Of a stretch of 20,000 nucleotides of DNA, positions 15,254 through 20,000 are shown in pieces. How positions within the stretch are numbered: position 1 is the first letter of the stretch; every line of letters begins with the position of its first letter. This DNA is from an uncultured virus (IMG/VR IMGVR_UViG_3300009124_000008) (taxonomy: Duplodnaviria > Heunggongvirae > Uroviricota > Caudoviricetes): the IMG/VR virus record IMGVR_UViG_3300009124_000008; one strand, 5' to 3'. The position numbers and the translations under genes are program-made. The notes below the pieces were generated by a model. It was not told the origin of the DNA. It worked only from the letters and a program-made list of their open reading frames with translations, and did not search any database.

Positions 15254-16933
15254 ATGAGTCAACTCTTCGGTTTTATTATTAATAAAGGTGGTGAGGATAG
15301 GGGTCAATCCCCTATCCCACCAAATCAAGATGACTCCGTAGCGGTAGCCGCTGGGGGTCATTTTGGTACATATGTGGATGTCGATGGCTCACAGGGTCGG
15401 AATGAATATGAACTGATCAAGCGTTATAGAGATATGGCGCTTCATCCAGAGTGTGACTCTGCTATTGACGAAATTGTCAATGAGTTTGTTGTCAGCGATG
15501 CTGATGATTCTCCTGTTGAAATTGAATTATCTAACCTTGATGTTAGTGCTGGTGTCAAGAAAAAGATTCGTGATGAATTTAATTACATTAAAAAACTTTT
15601 AAACTTCGACAAGAATGCTCACCAAATCATTAGGACTTGGTACATCGATGGTCGTACATATTATCACAAGGTTATCGACTTGGACAAACCCAAGAAAGGT
15701 ATCCTAGAACTTCGTTATATTGATCCTCTCAAGTTACGTAAGGTAAGACAGAAGATCAAGAGTCCAGAAGCAACATCTCAAGGAGCAAAAGGAACTGCTC
15801 TTGAGTATGACTGGGGCGACTACATTGATTACTATATCTACAATCCTAAAGGTTATGCTAATGCCATGACCGTAAACGCTACATTTGATTTCGCTTCTTC
15901 AAACGGAATCAAGATGGCAGCAGATTCTATTGCTAAGTGTAACTCAGGTCTAATGGATCTGAACAAAAAACAACCATTAAGTTTCCTACACAAAGCAATC
16001 AAGTCTCTCAATCAACTCCGTATGATTGAAGACTCTCTTGTCATCTACAGATTGTCCCGTGCTCCAGAGCGTAGAATTTTCTACATCGATGTCGGCAATC
16101 TACCTAAAGTCAAAGCGGAACAATATCTCCGTGATGTGATGGCACGTTATCGTAACAAACTAGTTTACGATGCTAGCACTGGAGAGATCCGTGACGATAA
16201 AAAGCATATGAGTATGCTAGAAGATTTCTGGTTACCTCGTAGAGAGGGTGGTCGTGGTACTGAGATTACAACTCTACCTGGCGGACAGAACCTTGGCGAA
16301 CTTAAGGACGTTGAGTATTTCAAGAAGAAGCTTTATAACTCTCTCAATCTTCCTCCCTCTCGTCTCACCGACGATAACAAAGGATTTAATCTCGGTAAAA
16401 CCACTGAAGTCCTCCGTGACGAACTCAAGTTCAGTAAGTTCATCGGAAGACTTCGTAAAAGATTTAGCGAACTCTTCCACGATCTTCTCAAGACTCAACT
16501 CATCCTCAAAGGAGTAATTGCTCCCGAAGATTGGGATGACATGGAGGAGCATATCCAGTATGACTTCCTGTTTGACAATCACTTCAATGAATTGAAGGAA
16601 CAGGAAATGATGCTACAACGTATGAACCTCGTTACTCAAATGGATCCATTCCTTGGTAAGTATTTCTCTGTTGACTACATCCGTCGTCAAATTCTCCAGC
16701 AGACTGAGAAAGAAATGAAGGAAATGGATAAGCAAATCAAGGGTGATATTGACTCTGGTCTTGCTATGAATCCTGCTGACATTAATACGTTTGACATGAT
16801 GGATCGTCAAAACGATGCCTTTGCTCCTGAACTAGAAGCACAAGCAGCAGACGATGCTCAAACAAGAGAGATTGAAAAAATGAAGGCAATGCCAAAACCC
16901 TCTCCAGCACCAAATAAAAAAACTGATAAATAA
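15254..16933 (+). CDS. gp20: portal vertex protein gp20
   Basis: YRLSRAPERRIFYIDVGNLPK and EDFWLPRREGGRGTEITTLPGGQNLG motifs. Confidence 0.99.
   Translation: MSQLFGFIINKGGEDRGQSPIPPNQDDSVAVAAGGHFGTYVDVDGSQGRNEYELIKRYRDMALHPECDSAIDEIVNEFVVSDADDSPVEIELSNLDVSAGVKKKIRDEFNYIKKLLNFDKNAHQIIRTWYIDGRTYYHKVIDLDKPKKGILELRYIDPLKLRKVRQKIKSPEATSQGAKGTALEYDWGDYIDYYIYNPKGYANAMTVNATFDFASSNGIKMAADSIAKCNSGLMDLNKKQPLSFLHKAIKSLNQLRMIEDSLVIYRLSRAPERRIFYIDVGNLPKVKAEQYLRDVMARYRNKLVYDASTGEIRDDKKHMSMLEDFWLPRREGGRGTEITTLPGGQNLGELKDVEYFKKKLYNSLNLPPSRLTDDNKGFNLGKTTEVLRDELKFSKFIGRLRKRFSELFHDLLKTQLILKGVIAPEDWDDMEEHIQYDFLFDNHFNELKEQEMMLQRMNLVTQMDPFLGKYFSVDYIRRQILQQTEKEMKEMDKQIKGDIDSGLAMNPADINTFDMMDRQNDAFAPELEAQAADDAQTREIEKMKAMPKPSPAPNKKTDK
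16927..16932 (+). promoter_or_regulatory. late promoter
   Basis: ATAAATA overlapping the gp20 end, 22 nt upstream of ATG 16955. Confidence 0.65.
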
Positions 16934-16954
16934 CTAATAACCCGTTTTTATGTT

Positions 16955-17149
16955 ATGTCTGATCAACCATTAGATTCTGAAGTGCTCAATGTTGTCAACT
17001 TAATTGCTGACAAAAAACGAGCGGATGCTCTCGACGCCATTGAGGACATCCTTTATGCTAAAGCATCAGAAACAATTGATACATATAAGAAGACCGTAGC
17101 TAATACGTTCTTTGATGAACCAACAGGAGATACTCCAGAAGAACAATGA
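16955..17149 (+). CDS. small acidic protein at the prohead-core (gp67/gp68) position
   Basis: 64 aa between gp20 and gp21, with an ATGA overlap with gp21. Assignment is by synteny only. Confidence 0.7.
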   Translation: MSDQPLDSEVLNVVNLIADKKRADALDAIEDILYAKASETIDTYKKTVANTFFDEPTGDTPEEQ

Positions 17150-17790
17150 AACTAATTACTGAAAGCATCGAAGACATCCGTATCCTTACAGAGGAAAAGG
17201 ATGGTGAGAAGCACCTTTACATCGAAGGTGTATTCCTCCAATCGGAAATTAAGAACCGTAACGGAAGAATCTATCCTTTCGATGTTCTCAATAAAGAAGT
17301 TGAAAGATATTCTGAAGAGTATGTCAAAGCTGGTCGTGCCTTAGGTGAACTAGGTCACCCTGACGGTCCCACTGTCAATCTCGATCGAGTGTCTCACAAG
17401 ATCACATCACTAAAGGCAGAGGGTAACAACTTCATGGGTAAAGCAAGAATCCTTGATACTCCCATGGGTAAAATTGCCAAGAGTCTCCTCGGTGAAGGTG
17501 TAAAACTTGGTGTATCCTCTAGAGGAATGGGTTCTCTCAAAGAGGATAATGGCGTGAAGTATGTTAGTGATGACTTCATGCTCGCCACTGCTGCTGATAT
17601 CGTAGCAGATCCTTCCGCTCCTGACGCTTTCGTCAACGGAATTATGGAAGGTAAAGAATGGGTTTGGGAAGGCGGTTTACTCCGTGAAAGACAAATCCAA
17701 CAGATTAAACAGGAAATTGATAATGCTTCCAAGATGGAACTAGAAGAGAAAATGCTCTCCGCGTTTGATAAGTTCCTGTCAAATCTATAA
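17146..17790 (+). CDS. gp21: prohead protease gp21
   Basis: MKLITE, NRNGRIYP, GELGHP (His), GVSSRGMGS (Ser) and DIVADPSAPDAFV. Confidence 0.98.
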   Translation: MKLITESIEDIRILTEEKDGEKHLYIEGVFLQSEIKNRNGRIYPFDVLNKEVERYSEEYVKAGRALGELGHPDGPTVNLDRVSHKITSLKAEGNNFMGKARILDTPMGKIAKSLLGEGVKLGVSSRGMGSLKEDNGVKYVSDDFMLATAADIVADPSAPDAFVNGIMEGKEWVWEGGLLRERQIQQIKQEIDNASKMELEEKMLSAFDKFLSNL

Positions 17791-17795
17791 TATCA

Positions 17796-17801
17796 TAAAT
17801 A
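17796..17801 (+). promoter_or_regulatory. late promoter for gp22
   Basis: ATAAATA at 17795-17801, intergenic. Confidence 0.75.
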
Positions 17802-17844
17802 AATTTAGAATATTCAACTTAGATACTTACGAGGGAAAACTCAA

Positions 17845-19017
17845 ATGTCAGAAATGCTTAACGAAAAGTTTGAGGAGTTTGCCAGTGAGCACGCTGCTGT
17901 CCTTGCTGAGGCTGGAGATCCAATGCCAACAGTAACCGCCGCTGTTCTCCCTGGTGATGCTGCTGCCTCAGGTCAGTCCAATACTGCCGTAAATGCTAAA
18001 GCTTCCAGTGGCGAAAGTGCTACAGGACATGCTGCTCCACTTCAGCCTGGTATCGCTATCGGTCAAAAGGCACCCCAAGAAGTTAACAGTGTAACCACCA
18101 CACCTCATGAACATGATGAGGATGGCGATGAAAATCCTGGTGCTAAGGCTGCTGCTCCTATCTCAGGTGGTATTTCTGGCGAACCAAACCGTGGTGGTTC
18201 TAACACCGATCTTCCTAATGGAACTGCTCCTAAGTTTGGTGCTGAAATTGCTTACGGAACCAAGGAAGGTGGTAGCGTAACCTATCCCATCAAACCTAAG
18301 TTTGAAGACCTCGACGTATCTGCTGACGTTTCTGCTCTCACCGAGGGTACTGAACTCAGCGAAGAGTTTGCTGAAAAAGCAAAAACAATTTTTGAAGCTG
18401 CTGTCAAGTCTAAACTGTCTGAAGAGTGGAGCAAACTCGAAGAGCAGTTCCAGGCACAACTTACTGAGCAAGTCGAAGCATCTAAGAAAGAACTTGCTGA
18501 GGAAGTAAGCGGCACAATCAACTACGCTGTCACCAAGTGGCTTGAGGAAAACCAAGTTGCTGTTGACCGCGGAATCAGAAATGAGATTACCGAAGACTTC
18601 ATTAGCGGTCTGAAGAATCTCTTTGAATCACATTATATCTCAATCCCCGACGAGAAGGTAGACGTTCTCGAAGGTATGACTGAAGATCTTTGTAAGATGG
18701 AAGAACGCCTCAACGAACAGGTTAAGGCTAATATTGAACTTCAAAATCGTCTTAATGAGTCTGCTAAGCAGATCATCGTCAAGCAAATTGCCGAGGATCT
18801 AGTAGACACACAGAAGGACAAACTAGCATCCCTTGCTGAGGGAGTTGAGTTTACTTCTGAGGAGGAATTCTCTAAGAAACTCACCACTATTAAAGAGTCA
18901 TACTTCCCTAAGGAAGGTGCTCCTAAAGTAGTTGCTGACGAAACTCCAGTGGAAGCAGAAGAGGTAACACCAGCAATGGCAATGTACCTCCAGGCAATGA
19001 ACCGCTGGAATCAGTGA
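17845..19017 (+). CDS. gp22: prohead core scaffold gp22
   Basis: LSEEF.EKAKTIFEAAV, GLKNLFESHYI and KESYF motifs; acidic coiled coil. Confidence 0.95.
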   Translation: MSEMLNEKFEEFASEHAAVLAEAGDPMPTVTAAVLPGDAAASGQSNTAVNAKASSGESATGHAAPLQPGIAIGQKAPQEVNSVTTTPHEHDEDGDENPGAKAAAPISGGISGEPNRGGSNTDLPNGTAPKFGAEIAYGTKEGGSVTYPIKPKFEDLDVSADVSALTEGTELSEEFAEKAKTIFEAAVKSKLSEEWSKLEEQFQAQLTEQVEASKKELAEEVSGTINYAVTKWLEENQVAVDRGIRNEITEDFISGLKNLFESHYISIPDEKVDVLEGMTEDLCKMEERLNEQVKANIELQNRLNESAKQIIVKQIAEDLVDTQKDKLASLAEGVEFTSEEEFSKKLTTIKESYFPKEGAPKVVADETPVEAEEVTPAMAMYLQAMNRWNQ

Positions 19018-19022
19018 TTCCC

Positions 19023-19028
19023 TAAATA
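19023..19028 (+). promoter_or_regulatory. late promoter for gp23
   Basis: CTAAATA at 19022-19028 and SD GGAG at 19059-19062. Confidence 0.75.
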
Positions 19029-19068
19029 ATTCTATCCACATTTCCTAACAAAAAACTCGGAGAAAGTA

Positions 19069-20000
19069 ATGTTTAACGCACAACATCTCCAGGAAAAGTG
19101 GTCCCCTGTTCTTAACCATGGCGAAGCTCCTGAAATCCAGGATCGCTACAAGAGAGCAGTGACCTCTGTACTCCTGGAAAACCAAGAAAGAGCTCTTCGT
19201 GAAGAGCGCGGCATGATCAATGAGGTCGCCGTTAACTCACTAGGCGCTAGCACCGTAACCCCTCCTGGCTCAGCCCTTGCTTCAAACAACACCGCTGGTC
19301 TTGCTGGTTTCGACCCCGTTCTAATCAGCCTCGTCCGTCGTGCTATGCCTAACCTAATGGCATATGACGTTTGTGGTGTTCAGCCTATGTCAGGTCCTTC
19401 AGGTCTCATCTTCGCTATGAGATCCCGCTATGAGAACCAAGGCGGAGAAGAGGCACTGTTCAACGAGCCCGATGCTAACTTCACTGCTGGTCTCGACCTT
19501 ACTGCTGGTGCTTATGACACCACTACTGGTGGCGCTGGTGATGCCCTCGCTGGCACCAACCCTGGTCTCCTCAACGACGGTGGCACCTACGAAACAACCC
19601 GTGGTTTCTCACGTGAAGATCTAGAGCAAGCTGGCGATCCTGGTAAGCTGTTCCGTGAGATGTCATTCAGCATCGAGAAGACCTCTGTGACTGCTAAGTC
19701 CAGAGCACTCAAAGCTGAGTACACTCTAGAACTCGCTCAAGACCTCAAGGCGATTCATGGTCTTGACGCTGAGCAAGAGCTCGCTAACATTCTGTCTAGC
19801 GAAGTTCTCGCTGAGATCAACCGTGAAGTTGTCCGTCGTGTATACAGCGTTGCTAAGCCTGGTGCTCAGAACAACGTTGCTAACGCTGGTATCTTCGACC
19901 TCGACGTTGACAGCAACGGTCGTTGGTCGGTTGAGAAGTTCAAAGGTCTTCTCTTCCAAATCGAGCGTGACGCTAACGCTATCGCCCAAGACACTCGTAG
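19069..20000 (+). CDS. gp23: major capsid protein gp23, 5' part (runs off the window)
   Basis: ATG 19069: MFNAQHLQEKWSPVL...LLENQE...FDPVLISLVRRAMPNLMAYDVCGVQPMSGPSGLIFAMRSRY...KSRALKAEYTLELAQDLKAIHGLDAEQEL. Missing from the ORF track because there is no stop codon in the window. Confidence 0.99.
   Translation, partial: MFNAQHLQEKWSPVLNHGEAPEIQDRYKRAVTSVLLENQERALREERGMINEVAVNSLGASTVTPPGSALASNNTAGLAGFDPVLISLVRRAMPNLMAYDVCGVQPMSGPSGLIFAMRSRYENQGGEEALFNEPDANFTAGLDLTAGAYDTTTGGAGDALAGTNPGLLNDGGTYETTRGFSREDLEQAGDPGKLFREMSFSIEKTSVTAKSRALKAEYTLELAQDLKAIHGLDAEQELANILSSEVLAEINREVVRRVYSVAKPGAQNNVANAGIFDLDVDSNGRWSVEKFKGLLFQIERDANAIAQDTR

Noticed and set aside
10649..19989. Numerous minus-strand ORFs within core structural genes
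   Set aside because: They are antisense shadows caused by codon bias, with no recognisable motifs, promoters or SDs.
10359..20000. Introns, inteins or homing endonucleases in gp17, gp18, gp20 or gp23
   Set aside because: The frames are continuous and of ordinary length, with no intein or endonuclease catalytic motifs seen.

Overview
This is the virion-morphogenesis region of a T4-like marine cyanophage (cyanomyovirus, probably infecting Synechococcus or Prochlorococcus), with every credible gene on the + strand. It opens with three 2OG-Fe(II) oxygenases around a glycine-rich fibre/adhesin-like gene, followed by neck gp13 and gp14, tail terminator gp15 and small terminase gp16. A ~4 kb accessory island then precedes gp17, a small Zn-finger ORF, gp18, gp19, gp20, a small prohead-core-position ORF, gp21, gp22 and the 5' part of gp23. 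T4-type late promoters (TAAATA) precede most genes. The island holds plastocyanin (petE) and a chain of coupled micro-ORFs, most of them missed by the ORF track. These include an NdhP (photosynthetic complex I subunit) homologue and several single-pass membrane peptides. The best novel candidate is a complete -1 programmed ribosomal frameshift cassette at 8137-8199 (A_AAA_AAG, 7-nt spacer, stem-loop/pseudoknot) that would join two small ORFs just upstream of petE. Two late promoters are also embedded in RNA hairpins. All calls come from reading the sequence and recognising families; no searches were run.
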